A DNA stretch of 64,000 nt from the NCBI GenBank assembly GCA_965248925.1, contig CBDFLE010000006.1, positions 3,840,001 to 3,904,000 on the forward strand, in the 5' to 3' direction. Positions 45,852 to 56,267 of this stretch are shown in pieces. A program made the position numbers and the translations under genes. The notes beneath the pieces are model-generated. The model was given only the letters and a program-made list of their open reading frames with translations, was not told the origin of the DNA and made no database searches. This stretch comes from Candidatus Multivoradales bacterium (GTDB lineage: Bacteria; Acidobacteriota; Thermoanaerobaculia; Multivoradales; J023). Position 1 is the first letter of the stretch, and every line of letters starts with the position of its first letter.

Positions 45852-47161
45852 CGCCGCGGCCCTTCATCCATCAACGTCGCTCGAGGCTCGGGCGGCGGCT
45901 CGCTGCTTGGCCAGCTGCCCACCTGCCACAGACCGTCGGCCATGGTCAAACCGAGCACCAAGCCGAAGGCCATCGAAAAGCTCGGCGAGTAGAGAATCTC
46001 GCGCGAAAACATGCCCCGTGCCAGCCACAAGATCAGCAGCATGCGCAGTAGGTCGTGGTGGTGCGCCTGGGTCGGATTCAGCACCAGCAGACGAGCGAAG
46101 TTGGGCGGCCGGCGCCATAGCGCGGTGGCGCTTGCCAGCAAGGCCAAGAAAGTCAGTAAGCCGCAGCCCCCGGCGACAAATGCCAGGACATTGTGGGGAT
46201 CGATGGCCAAGGCACGTACCTTAGCCCTCTTGGCTAGTTCAAAAGGTAGCCGGCGCGGTGAGGCGCCGAGAATCGGCTGTGCCAGCGCGATCTCGAAAGA
46301 GGTGGTGATCAGGCGTAGCCGCAGCTCGTCGGAGCTATAGCCCTGAACCGACTGCTCGACGCGATATTCGAAAGTGCCAGTCGAGGAAAACCGGTTCAGC
46401 GCCCAATAGCTGGCACAAGCGAGCAGGACGATGGCGATGCTCGCTTTGACCCGTTGTTTGCCGCCAAACATCAGCAAGCCGATCAGCGCCACCCCCAGCC
46501 AACCGGAGCGATTGGCGCTGGCGAAAATGCCTGCCACTGAGGCGATGACGCTGGCCGCGAGGGGCAGGCGAACCCACTTGGTGGTGGTCTTGTCGAGTAG
46601 CAGATGTGCCGCCATCAGGATCGCTGGCAGGGTGTAGAGCGAAAGTGCGTTCTTGTTGGCGACCTGTTCGAGGGGATTGATGCCGGCTAGGCCAGCGCTG
46701 GTCAGCAGGCCGCGTAGCGATAGAAGACTGGCGGCTGCCGCCAGCCCCAGCACGCCGGCGCGATAGTCTGAGAAGTTGCGTACCAGCAAGGTGGTGACGA
46801 CGATAGTAAACAAGGATGCGCAGATCTTGATGATCTCGCTGATGTGCGCGCCACCTTGGGTACAGGCAAGGCAGTAGAGGCCCAGGAAAATTAGCAGAGG
46901 CCGCAGGACCCGACCGGGAAAAAGCTGAATTCGCGTTCCGCCGACCAGCACTCCGAGGGCCAGCAAGGGAATCAAATAGGGGTGGACCAGCAGGCGACCG
47001 AACTCCAAGCGGAGGCCGCGAAATGCTGAGCCGGCGATCAGCAAGGCGACCAGGAAGAGGGAGAATCCATAGGGAGTTACCTGGTCGTACCAGTGCGTTT
47101 TTGCGGCTACCGGGGGCGTCAGCTGAGATACTTCCGGCAAAGTCTGGGGGCCGCGTTTCAT
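45848..47161 (-). CDS. O-antigen polymerase/ligase (Wzy_C) family membrane protein
   Basis: About 10 TM segments; NKNAL, SANRSGW, SDELRLRL, PHNVL. Confidence 0.75.
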   Translation of the reverse strand: MKRGPQTLPEVSQLTPPVAAKTHWYDQVTPYGFSLFLVALLIAGSAFRGLRLEFGRLLVHPYLIPLLALGVLVGGTRIQLFPGRVLRPLLIFLGLYCLACTQGGAHISEIIKICASLFTIVVTTLLVRNFSDYRAGVLGLAAAASLLSLRGLLTSAGLAGINPLEQVANKNALSLYTLPAILMAAHLLLDKTTTKWVRLPLAASVIASVAGIFASANRSGWLGVALIGLLMFGGKQRVKASIAIVLLACASYWALNRFSSTGTFEYRVEQSVQGYSSDELRLRLITTSFEIALAQPILGASPRRLPFELAKRAKVRALAIDPHNVLAFVAGGCGLLTFLALLASATALWRRPPNFARLLVLNPTQAHHHDLLRMLLILWLARGMFSREILYSPSFSMAFGLVLGLTMADGLWQVGSWPSSEPPPEPRATLMDEGPRR

Positions 47162-48207
47162 GGCTGCCGCTCAGCTTGTTGTCGGGCGTAGGCGCGGGCC
47201 GCGATCCAGCTGCCCACCGGCCCGAGAGCGAGCAGCCAGCCTAGGGCGGAAGCCTTGCGATTGCGGCGCAGATGCCAGGGATAGGTGGCCTGGCCGAAGC
47301 GCAGGATCCGCCGAGCTCGAGCGCTTTGGCCGCGGGCCAGGGTAGCCAGGCCGTGGCGGCCGATATCGTGCTCGATAAATGCGCCTTCGAGTTCTTGTCG
47401 CTCGAGGCCCAAGCGGTCGAGCAGGGCGCCGTCCAATTCAAGGGTTGAAGCGTACTCGTCGGCCAGGTGCTTGAGAGCGCCGGTGACGGCCTGCTGCGCA
47501 CTTTGGTTGGCGGCGTGCCAGCGGTAGGCGAAGAGCGGCTGGTCGATAAAGTAGGCCCTCTTGGCGGCACCGAGCAAGCGCCAATGGAACCATTTGTCGG
47601 GGTTGATCAGTCGACCGCCGCCATAGCCTTCGACGGCTTGGTAGAGCGCTCTGGGGTAGGCGGTGGCGGCGAAATTGAACGGATTGCGCATCCGTCGCAG
47701 CGAGCGTCGTAGTAGCTCGTCGGCTGGCAGACAGTAGACCGGAGCGTCGAGGACCTGGCTTAGAGTCGGGTCGAGATCCTCTGGGCGCCACAGCTCACGA
47801 TCGGGTCCCAACTTGCCGGTGGTGTTGTCGTCGGCATCGATGATGTCCATGGTCGAGCTGACCACAGTCGTGGCGGCCTGGTCGCCGAGCCTGGTGAACA
47901 GCTGGCTATAAGTCGCGAGAGCGCCGGCTCGTATTAAGTCGTCAGAGGACAGCAGGATCATCACTTCGCCCACAGCCATGCCGGCGGCCCGATCTAAGTT
48001 GCCGCCAAAACCGACGTTGCAGCGGTTCACCCGCAGCCGCACTCGGGGATCGCCGCCCGCCCGCACGATCTCCACTGAGCGATCCTCTGAGGCGTTGTCG
48101 GCGATAACCACCTCGAGGTCGGTGTGTGACTGCTCAAGCACGCTGGCCAGAGTCTTGCCCAAATAGCGTTCGTAGTTGTAGTTCGGGATGCAGATCGAGA
48201 ACTTCAT
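47158..48207 (-). CDS. glycosyltransferase family 2
   Basis: SICIPNYN, IADNASED, LSSDD, YRWH. Confidence 0.92.
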   Translation of the reverse strand: MKFSICIPNYNYERYLGKTLASVLEQSHTDLEVVIADNASEDRSVEIVRAGGDPRVRLRVNRCNVGFGGNLDRAAGMAVGEVMILLSSDDLIRAGALATYSQLFTRLGDQAATTVVSSTMDIIDADDNTTGKLGPDRELWRPEDLDPTLSQVLDAPVYCLPADELLRRSLRRMRNPFNFAATAYPRALYQAVEGYGGGRLINPDKWFHWRLLGAAKRAYFIDQPLFAYRWHAANQSAQQAVTGALKHLADEYASTLELDGALLDRLGLERQELEGAFIEHDIGRHGLATLARGQSARARRILRFGQATYPWHLRRNRKASALGWLLALGPVGSWIAARAYARQQAERQP

Positions 48208-49439
48208 GCCGTTGCGCCGGGTTGTGAGTTCGTTCGGCTTCGGCCGAGGGGCCGGGCCATAGCTCGACGATATACCTTTGCCATGCGGCCGGCACAGTTT
48301 TCGAGGGAGTAGCGCTGCTCGGCCCGCTGCCTCCCATTCTTGCCAAGACTTTGGCGCAGATCACTATCGCTTGCCAGGCGTTCAATCGCTGTCGCCAGGG
48401 CCTGGGCATTGTTCGGTGGCACCAGCAGTCCAGTGACACCGTCCTCGACCAACTCGCCAACGCCGCCGTCGGCTACCCCGACCACTGGTAAACCGGCGGC
48501 CATCGCTTCGACCACGATACGGCCAAAAGACTCGACGGCGGTGGGATGCACCAGCAGGTCGATCTCGGCCATGATCCGGCTTGGTGGCTCGACGAAACCG
48601 CAGAAGCGCAAGCGCTCGCCCAACCCCAAGGCCCGGCTGCGGCGGCGCAACTCCTCGACATAGGGATCGCCAGCTGACGCATGGCCGTAGAGGCGCAGTT
48701 CGATCGCCAGTGTCGGGTCGAGCAAGGCGGCGGCTTCGAGCACTAGATGATGTTGTTTCCAGCGCGAACTGAGGTTGGCGACCATGGCGACGATCAGCGG
48801 CTCGGTGGTCGTTCGGGTTCTTGGGCGACAAACCTCGAATTGGCTCAGATCGATACCATTTTCAACCACCCGCAGCTGATCCTCGTCCAGCCATCCATCG
48901 ATGGTTCGAGCTGTAAAATGGGAGTTGGCGACCAAGACAGAACAGCGCGAGCGCAGGTAGCGGCCGAAGGAAGCGCCTTCGCGGGGCATGCGGAACGGGT
49001 TTCCCGGCCCGACCAATTCACGCAGGTGCCAGACATGCGCCAAGCCGAGGGCTTGAGCCGCTGCTGCCCCTTCTGGGTTGAGGATGGTGTTGGTGTGGAT
49101 CAGCTCGACTTCTTGTTTGGCGGCGAACTCTGCGACCCAGCGTCGAGAAGCGCGGCCCCAGCCGGTTGCTATCAGCTGCCGGGCTTCGATCAGTGGACGT
49201 TTCCACAGCTTGGCTCGGCTGCGGCGATGCCAGAAATAGAGCGGGGCAAACAATACCCGGCCGGCGAAAGCCTCTCGCACCATCGCCCGTTCGGCACTGG
49301 TGCCAGCGCTGTGGCAAACCGCCGAAGAGGTGATTCCATGGTCGGCCAGAGCTTCGGCCAAGCCGCAAGTCGACATCGCTGCACCGCCACCGGCTCCATT
49401 GAGCACATGCAATACCCGGCGGGGAAGCTCAGTGCTCAA
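48204..49439 (-). CDS. glycosyltransferase family 4
   Basis: LHVLNGAGGGA, HVWHLRE, NGID, ESFGRIVVEAMAAGLPVV. Confidence 0.92.
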   Translation of the reverse strand: MSTELPRRVLHVLNGAGGGAAMSTCGLAEALADHGITSSAVCHSAGTSAERAMVREAFAGRVLFAPLYFWHRRSRAKLWKRPLIEARQLIATGWGRASRRWVAEFAAKQEVELIHTNTILNPEGAAAAQALGLAHVWHLRELVGPGNPFRMPREGASFGRYLRSRCSVLVANSHFTARTIDGWLDEDQLRVVENGIDLSQFEVCRPRTRTTTEPLIVAMVANLSSRWKQHHLVLEAAALLDPTLAIELRLYGHASAGDPYVEELRRRSRALGLGERLRFCGFVEPPSRIMAEIDLLVHPTAVESFGRIVVEAMAAGLPVVGVADGGVGELVEDGVTGLLVPPNNAQALATAIERLASDSDLRQSLGKNGRQRAEQRYSLENCAGRMAKVYRRAMARPLGRSRTNSQPGATA

Positions 49440-50158
49440 CCGGTGTATCCCTGCTCGAACTTTGCCAGCTCCTCCGGTGTGCCCAACACCCAGACTTCCC
49501 GTGCCACGTCCAGCACCAGGTGGGCACCCTTTGCGATCATGCGATTGTAGACTGGGATGACGTAGAACTCACCGCCGCTGCGATCATCTTGGCTAATCAT
49601 GGCCTCGGCGTGCTCGACGAAATCGCTGCCATGGCGGAAGAGATAGAGCCCGGTGGAGGCCCAATCAGAGATGCGCCGTTTCTCGGCCGTTTCCACCACC
49701 CGGCCGCTGGCATCGACCCGGGCGAAGCTCCAGCGTTCGCCGGGTGCTTGGAAAACCCCCAGCACGCCATCGACCTCCGATGGCAGCCCACTCAGTGTTT
49801 CGTCGAGTGAGCTACGGCAGAAAGTGTCGGCGTTGTAGATCAGCAGCGGTTCTGGAGAGTCGATGTAGGAGCGAGCTTCGAGTACCGTCGCGGCCTGCCC
49901 GGCGGTGACTTGGTCGAGAGGGACTATCACCGGGTCAAGGTGGCCGTAGCGTTGTTCGATATCTGCTTCCAGCCGCCGGCCTTCGAGGTGCTCGCGCAGG
50001 CAGACAAAGATCAGCCGCCGCGCCAGATTGAGTGGCAAGCTATCCACCGCCCAGCTGTACATCGGTCGGCCGCGCACCTCGATCAGCGGCTTGGGAACTC
50101 GGTGGCCGGCATCGTGGAAACGGCGGCCGGCTCCGGCCATGGGAATGACGATGTTCAT
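49436..50158 (-). CDS. sugar-phosphate nucleotidyltransferase-like (GT-A fold) capsule protein
   Basis: IVIPMAGAGRRF, PKPLI, TAGQAATV, IYNAD, AEKRRIS, GEFYVIPVYN, LGTPEEL. Confidence 0.88.
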   Translation of the reverse strand: MNIVIPMAGAGRRFHDAGHRVPKPLIEVRGRPMYSWAVDSLPLNLARRLIFVCLREHLEGRRLEADIEQRYGHLDPVIVPLDQVTAGQAATVLEARSYIDSPEPLLIYNADTFCRSSLDETLSGLPSEVDGVLGVFQAPGERWSFARVDASGRVVETAEKRRISDWASTGLYLFRHGSDFVEHAEAMISQDDRSGGEFYVIPVYNRMIAKGAHLVLDVAREVWVLGTPEELAKFEQGYTG

Positions 50159-50394
50159 CTCAGAATTCCTCCTACTGTCGGCGCGCCGCGGGCTTCGCGG
50201 TAGGCGCTACTCAGTTCTACCCTTCGGGGTTACGGCTGGAATTACCGCTAGCGGGCAACACCAGCGTGGCTAGCCGAGAGCTTGAGATGAGAACTACGAC
50301 GAGATCACTGGGTGGGGGGAAACCTACCACGGCCTCGAGACCGCGGGTTGGCTAGATTGGCCGGCTGAGGCCGTCTGTTTTCAGCCTCCGGTCG

Positions 50395-50570
50395 TGAGCG
50401 CTATCTTGGCCTTGCGCATGGCGGCGCCGACCCGGCGGCTGAGATCGGTCGCGCTGCGGCTATTCCAACCCGAAGCACGGTAGACCACGACGCCTTGATG
50501 ATCGACCACTGTGTGAGTTGGCGTAGGTTGGGGTTGGGGGAACGCTGTCACCTGAAACACGGCGCTGCCT
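50395..50570 (-). pseudogene. degraded copy of the 3' end of the TlpA/redoxin gene
   Basis: Collinear with 61055-61210, e.g. CGGTAGACCAC..C.CCTTGATGATCGACCAC and TCACCTGAAACACG. Confidence 0.8.
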
Positions 50571-50738
50571 TTAACTCTATATAGGCGCAGCGGCAGCTGA
50601 AACGTTACCGCAGCTCAGCAGTCCATAGCGGCGAGCAGTGTTTCACCATACCGAGGTAATCGCGACGCTCTGATTCCAGACCTCCTGACCTACCCCTCCT
50701 AACCCTCTGAAAACACAGGACCGCCCCTCAGAGGTGGT

Positions 50739-51415
50739 GCGGACCCAAAACTGTCCGCTTTTTTCGGTGCCGAGGCATGATCGAGCATGGCACTGACGAG
50801 CGAGCACACCGTCCTGTTCCCAGACCACGCCGGGGTCCCCGATGGGGTTGTGGTGATCAACGACCGCTGCCGCCTCCAGCAGAGGGGCGGCTATCGGGTG
50901 GTGGTGGTCAGCGGCATGCCGCTCGCTCACTTCGCTGCCGGCGACAGGACAGGCGAGGCCCACGCGATGGTGAGTCTCGTTGAATTGGGCTGGGCACAGC
51001 AACGCGAGGTGGCCCTTGCGTTCGCTTGTGATGTGCGGACTGTGCGCCGGAATCAGCGCCGCTTCGAAGAAGGTGGGCTGGCTGCTCTGGGCCGGCCGCG
51101 CGGTTTTCCCCGGGGTCAGTCTCGGGTAGCGCAGGGCCGCCTGGACGCGGTCAACGGCTGGAAGGCCGAGGGTGTGTCGAATCGCGAGATTGGCCGGCGG
51201 CTGGGCATCGATGAGAAGGCCGTTCGCAAGCTCGCCAAGCGCCTGGGCTGGAAAGAGCGGTCGGTAGTGCAGATGACGATGCCCTTCGAGAGTGCGGACC
51301 CAAAACTGTCCGCCTCTGATGAGCAGCAGGTCGACGGCCCCCTGAAAACTGCGGATCTTGCGCTCGACGCTGAGGGTGGCGGTGACCCAGCGGCTGCGGA
51401 CCCAAAACTGTCCGC
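50739..51415 (+). repeat. three identical 20-bp palindromic motifs GCGGAC-CCAAAACT-GTCCGC
   Basis: Copies at 50739-50758, 51294-51313 and 51396-51415. Confidence 0.9.
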
Positions 51416-53180
51416 TTCTGCGTCCGAGCAAGATCAGGTTCCCCTCTCGCTGGACCTCGATCCAGCGGATCGCGCCAGCGATCGGCTGCTGGCGAGGCTG
51501 GGATTCCTCGATGATGCGGCGCCGATCTTCGGAGCGGCGACCCAGCTACCGGGCGCCGGTGCTCTGCTGGCGATTCCCGCCCTGGTGGACAGCGGCGTGC
51601 TCTCCATCGCGCAGGAGCTGTACGGCAGCATCGGGCCGGCCTTCTATGGGCTGCGCACCACTCTGGTAACCCTGCTGCTGATGGCACTGTTGCGGGTCAA
51701 GCGACCCGAAGGGCTCAAGGAGCGCTCACCCCGGCATTTGGGTCAGCTTCTCGGGCTCGACCGAGCGCCGGAAGTGAAAACCTTGCGCAACAAGCTCGCT
51801 CGGCTGGCCGCGCATGGCCTGGCCGCGGATCTCGGTCGCGCCCTCGCTCAGCGCCGGGTCGCCACCAGGGGCCATGCCATGGGCTTCCTCTACGTGGACG
51901 GGCATGTGCGCGCCTACCACGGTGGCCGAGAGATTCCCAAGACACACGTAGCGCGGATGCGGATCGCGATGCCGGCCACCACCGACTACTGGGTCAACGA
52001 TGCTGAGAGCGAGCCTCTCTTCGTGGTTCCCACCGAGGCCAACAAGGGGCTTGCGACGATGCTTCCCCTCATTCTCGAAGAGGTACGAAAGCTACTCGGA
52101 GACCGGCGAGTCACCGTCGTCTTCGACCGTGGGGGTTGGAGCCCGAAGCTGTTTGCGAAGCTCATCGCCAAGAAGTTCGACATCCTCACATACCGAAAGG
52201 CCCCCTTTCGTCCGGTGCCGTTGAGCAAGTTCGGGCAGATCAAGGACACGATCCACGGGCGGAAGCTCGAGTACCTCCTCGCCGATCAGCGTATCTACCT
52301 CGAGTATGGCCCGAGGAAGAAGCGCAAGCGGCTGTACCTGCGCCAGGTCACCCGCCTCTGCGACAACGGCCACCAGACGTCCATCATCACCTCCCGCCGC
52401 GACCTCTCCACACTCGAGGTCGCCTACCGCATGTTCGATCGTTGGAGGCAAGAGAACTTCTTCAAATACCTGCGCGAAGAATTCGCACTCGATGCCCTGG
52501 TGGACTATGGCACCGAGCCAGCGGACGCCGCCCGCGATGTGCCGAATCCCGAGCGCGGCAAGATCAATGCAGAGCTGCGCAAAGCTCACGCACATCTCGA
52601 GCAGCTCCGGGCCCACATCGGGATCGCTGCTCTTGAAAACCGCGAGGATCGGCGGCGCACGATGCGCGGATTCAAGATCGCCAACGCCGCCATCTCCGCC
52701 AGGGTCCGGGCAGCGATAGAGCAGATCACCGAACTCGAGAACCAGCGCGCGACCCTCCCCGTCCGCGTCCCCGTCCAAGAGGTCGTCGAAGCGGATGTCA
52801 TCAAGCTGTCCGTCGAGCGCAAGCACCTCACCGATATTCTCAAGATGGTCGCCTACCAGGCCGAAGGTGATCTTCTCCGGCTCCTATCACCCCACTACCG
52901 CCGCACCGAGCAGGAGGGACGCACCCTGATCCAAAGCGCTTTCGCGGCCGGCGGCGATATGGAGGTTACCGACACCGTGCTGCTCCTTTCCATCGACCCG
53001 CTCAGCTCTCCCCACAAGACGGCGGCGATCGCCGCCGTCTGCGAAGAACTCAACGCTACCGCCACCCACTTCCCCGGCACCGAGCTACGGATGCGGTTCG
53101 CGATCAAGAAGGCGCCACCCCGGAGCCTGGCCTTCCCAGGGCCTCGGAACACCTCCGGAGAGGCTCAACCGGACATTTGA
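50787..53180 (+). CDS. putative DDE transposase with N-terminal HTH domains
   Basis: FLYVDGHVRAYHG, VVFDRGGWS, RWRQENFFKY; HTH-like QREVALAFACDVRTVRR and SNREIGRRLGIDEKAVRK. Confidence 0.88.
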   Translation: MALTSEHTVLFPDHAGVPDGVVVINDRCRLQQRGGYRVVVVSGMPLAHFAAGDRTGEAHAMVSLVELGWAQQREVALAFACDVRTVRRNQRRFEEGGLAALGRPRGFPRGQSRVAQGRLDAVNGWKAEGVSNREIGRRLGIDEKAVRKLAKRLGWKERSVVQMTMPFESADPKLSASDEQQVDGPLKTADLALDAEGGGDPAAADPKLSASASEQDQVPLSLDLDPADRASDRLLARLGFLDDAAPIFGAATQLPGAGALLAIPALVDSGVLSIAQELYGSIGPAFYGLRTTLVTLLLMALLRVKRPEGLKERSPRHLGQLLGLDRAPEVKTLRNKLARLAAHGLAADLGRALAQRRVATRGHAMGFLYVDGHVRAYHGGREIPKTHVARMRIAMPATTDYWVNDAESEPLFVVPTEANKGLATMLPLILEEVRKLLGDRRVTVVFDRGGWSPKLFAKLIAKKFDILTYRKAPFRPVPLSKFGQIKDTIHGRKLEYLLADQRIYLEYGPRKKRKRLYLRQVTRLCDNGHQTSIITSRRDLSTLEVAYRMFDRWRQENFFKYLREEFALDALVDYGTEPADAARDVPNPERGKINAELRKAHAHLEQLRAHIGIAALENREDRRRTMRGFKIANAAISARVRAAIEQITELENQRATLPVRVPVQEVVEADVIKLSVERKHLTDILKMVAYQAEGDLLRLLSPHYRRTEQEGRTLIQSAFAAGGDMEVTDTVLLLSIDPLSSPHKTAAIAAVCEELNATATHFPGTELRMRFAIKKAPPRSLAFPGPRNTSGEAQPDI

Positions 53181-53224
53181 GAAAAAGGGTATGTCAGGAG
53201 TTCTGGATTCGCCCGTTGGCCTGC

Positions 53225-54721
53225 TCAGCAGCCGAAAGGCTCGTCGAGCAACTTGAGCCCGCGGGCCTACATGGCGATCTGGCGCCGTGGCGCGTCGTAG
53301 TGCAGGGCCGGCATGCTGGCGAATAGCAAGGCGGTGATCAGCAGCACCTGGCGCCGGTCGAAGGTGGGGAAGAAGAGCCGTTCGAAGCGCTGCCGAATCT
53401 CGCCATGCTGGGGCAGGGAGCGGATCTCGAGCTTGACCTCGGCGCCGTCGGTCTCGACCTGAAAGAGGTCGTTGACGATCAGATCGTAGAGGCCGTAAAC
53501 CGAATGGTAGAGCCTGGCGACGTCGTAGCGTGGGTCGCCGTAGATCCCCGGCATGCCGAAGCTGCCGCGCGGGTCGATCAGTTTGCAGATTCCGGCTGAC
53601 AGGTCGTAGAGGAAGTTCGACAGGCACATGTCGCCGTGCATGACAGCGCCTTCGGCTGTCGCCGCGAGATCTAGGACGGCGCTTTCGATCTCAGGCCAGA
53701 GGAGCTTCAGACTTTGCACTCGGCGACCGTTGAGCTGCACCCAGTTCTCAGCCTCGACCAATTGTAGGAACTCGGGCGGCCGTTTAGATCAGCGAGCCGC
53801 TGGCGTATTTTTCCCAGATACATCTGCTCTACGGCGCCAGCCGGCAGCGGCCGCCGTTCGCTGGCGAAAGACTTGGTCAGGATGTGGAGTAGGTGCTGGA
53901 AAACCCGTTCCCACAATCCTGGATCGAGGGATTCGAAGACGAAGGCGTCGGCCAAGTTGGGGTAGCCGTAGTACTCCTGGGTCAAATGTGGGCGCTGCCA
54001 GTCGGTGGAGAAGTCCACCAGCCGGGGAAATAGCACGCGCAATCGCGGTGGTGGCAAGCGCAGGAAGTTGATCTCGTCGACGAACTTCTCGACGTTGCGG
54101 CTGCGCTTGGTGATCAAGCCGAGGTGCCAATCGACTTCGAGCTCGTCGAAATCGCGCTCTTGCAGCAGCGCTCGATGGGAGCTGGCGTGGCGGTCGGGGT
54201 TGCCGCAGTCGAGCCAATCGCCGGCGCGCTCGACGCGGATCGGCGAGGTGGCGGTGATCCGTTCGAGGATGGCGGCCATCTCGGTGCGTTTGCCGGCCTC
54301 CACGGCGGCGTTGGCGACGCCCCGCAACGAGCTCAGCTCGGGAAAGTAGTGGACCCCAATAAGAGCTTCGAGCTCGCTTTCGCCGGCCGCTGCGGCGAGG
54401 GCTTGGACCGTATCGCCGAGCCCGCCGGGGCGTTCCGGCACCAAGAACTCAACTTCGCAGGACGAGCCAAAAGCACACTCGACGAAATCTTCGACGAACA
54501 GTCCGCGGCGCGACACTGCGACTATGAAGCGACGCAGGCCCAAGGAGCGTAAATTGGAGACCTCCAGTGGATCACCGGCCGGCCACCGGGATCATCGCCG
54601 GGCAGGAGATGTTGGCCAGGCCCAGCACACCCTCCGGAACCGGCCCGGCGGCGGGGATCAGCACGGTGGTGGCGGCGAGGCTGGATTCGACGGTCTTGTC
54701 GGCGGTTTGGGTCTTGCTCAA
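53225..54721 (-). pseudogene. capsule-locus nucleotidyltransferase-like / sugar-kinase (APH-like) fusion, frameshifted
   Basis: VLIPAAG...PAMIPVAGR / WLDCGN / QEYYGYPNLA / MHGDMCLSNFLYD..KLIDPRGSFG...YGDPRYD. Frameshifts near 54590 and 53780; in-frame TAG at 53267. Confidence 0.8.
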
Positions 54722-54914
54722 GGGTCGCTCTTAGTCGGAATCATCGGTGGCTGAAGTGTACTGCCACCATATCTTCCCCACCAGGGCCCGGCGGAGCAGT
54801 TCGGCCCGGTGGCCTCGATCCGAGCTCTCAGGGTCGCTGCTGGCGGGTACGGCCGGCGGGTGCCCACCAGGCGGCCCGCTCGACGCGGCGGGGTGAAGGC
54901 ACTATCATGTTCTC

Positions 54915-56267
54915 GTGACATGGACTTCCGCAAAGTGGTTTTGGGGCCTGACCGCTGCGATCATCAGCGTGGTGGTCGCTGGATTCTGGTTCGACAGTGA
55001 TCCGCAGGCGCCGATTCTCGGCCGGTATTCGGTACCCACTTTGGTGAGGCTCGGTTGGTTCTCGGTGCTGGGGTATCTGACGGTCTTGTTGCTCCGGTTC
55101 CTCCTGGTGGTGCCGGCAGCGCGGGCGCCACGGTGCCGGGCCATTGCGTTCCGCGCCAGGCTGCTGATCGTCACCGGGCTGGGCTTCCTTGCCCTAGCGC
55201 TAGCCGAAGGGGGGTTGCGATGGGTGGCCTACCGGCAGGCCGAGCAGTCGCTACGGGAGCGCCGAGAACGGGTCGCCAGCTTCGATCCCTTTTTGCAGAT
55301 TGTGCCGCGGGCCCAAGATTCGGCCAAGCACATCAACAGCTGGGGTTTTCGCGGTGAGCAGATCGCCAGGGAGAAGCCCGCCGGAACCTATCGGATCTTT
55401 CTGGTCGGTGGCTCGACGATCTATGCCGCGCGGGTGGGATTCGAGCAAAGCCACCCGCGGATTCTGGAGCGGGAGCTCCGCCGACGCTACCCGAGCCGCC
55501 GAATCGAGGTACAGAACGCCGGCATGCACTGGCATACGTCGCAACATTCCTTGATCAAGATTCTGTTCAATATCCAGGACTTCGACCCCGACCTGATCGT
55601 CGTCTACCACGCCATCAACGACCTCTACCGGAGCTTTGCGGTCGAGCGTTTCAGCCGTGGCGATTACCGCGGCGACTACAGTCACTTTCTCGGCCCGGTG
55701 GCGCCGATTCTCGAGGCGTACTTGAGCGCCCGGCCGGGGCTTGAGCTGCGGGTCGTAAGGGCGGCGCGCGAGCAATTTCGCGACCACTGGTTCGCCGATC
55801 TTCGCGACTCACCTGGCTCCGGTCCGGCCGGCAAGCTGACGCCAGTCACGGTCGACAGCTGGCCCAGCCTGCCGGCGTTCGAGCGCAACATGAACAGCCT
55901 GGCCGGAGTGGTCGAAAATTTGGGGGCAGAATTGATCATTGCCTCGCAACCGTTCCTCTACCGGACTGATCTGAGCGAGGGTGAGCGGGCGAGGATTCTC
56001 TTTCCCGACAATTTCTGCCGCTTCGGTAGCAGCAAAGCCGACATTCCGTCGATGATCGCCGGTATGGAGGCGTTCAACGCCGCCAGCCGGAGGGTGGCCC
56101 AACGGCATGCTTTGGTTTTCGTCGATCTGGAGAAAGCGGTGCCGAAGACCCTCGAGTTCTTTCGCGACGACGTTCACTACACTGTCGCTGGAAACCGCTT
56201 GATCGGCTCACTGCTCGCCGAGCGAATCTCCGCCCGAGGCAATATCGATCAACAGTTGCCGCGGTAG
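54915..56267 (+). CDS. membrane-anchored SGNH/GDSL hydrolase
   Basis: TM segments; INSWGFRG, VGGSTI, QNAG, HAINDL, DDVHYTVAGN. Confidence 0.88.
   Translation: MTWTSAKWFWGLTAAIISVVVAGFWFDSDPQAPILGRYSVPTLVRLGWFSVLGYLTVLLLRFLLVVPAARAPRCRAIAFRARLLIVTGLGFLALALAEGGLRWVAYRQAEQSLRERRERVASFDPFLQIVPRAQDSAKHINSWGFRGEQIAREKPAGTYRIFLVGGSTIYAARVGFEQSHPRILERELRRRYPSRRIEVQNAGMHWHTSQHSLIKILFNIQDFDPDLIVVYHAINDLYRSFAVERFSRGDYRGDYSHFLGPVAPILEAYLSARPGLELRVVRAAREQFRDHWFADLRDSPGSGPAGKLTPVTVDSWPSLPAFERNMNSLAGVVENLGAELIIASQPFLYRTDLSEGERARILFPDNFCRFGSSKADIPSMIAGMEAFNAASRRVAQRHALVFVDLEKAVPKTLEFFRDDVHYTVAGNRLIGSLLAERISARGNIDQQLPR

Larger units (their letters stand above)
50677..53205 (+). mobile_element. insertion sequence with a large DDE transposase (family not assigned)
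   Basis: IRs CAGACCTCCTGACCTACCC and CAGAACTCCTGACATACCC (reverse complement); 5-bp target duplication GATTC at 50672-50676 and 53206-53210. Confidence 0.9.

Noticed and set aside
50739-51415. Palindromic 20-bp repeats as a CRISPR array
   Set aside because: Spacing is 555 and 102 bp, two copies are inside a coding frame, and no cas genes are present.
50643-52826. Long antisense ORFs (262 aa, 244 aa) over the transposase, and the many similar shadow ORFs across the window
   Set aside because: Expected opposite real genes in high-GC DNA; the repeated GQFWVR peptide just reflects the 20-bp motif.
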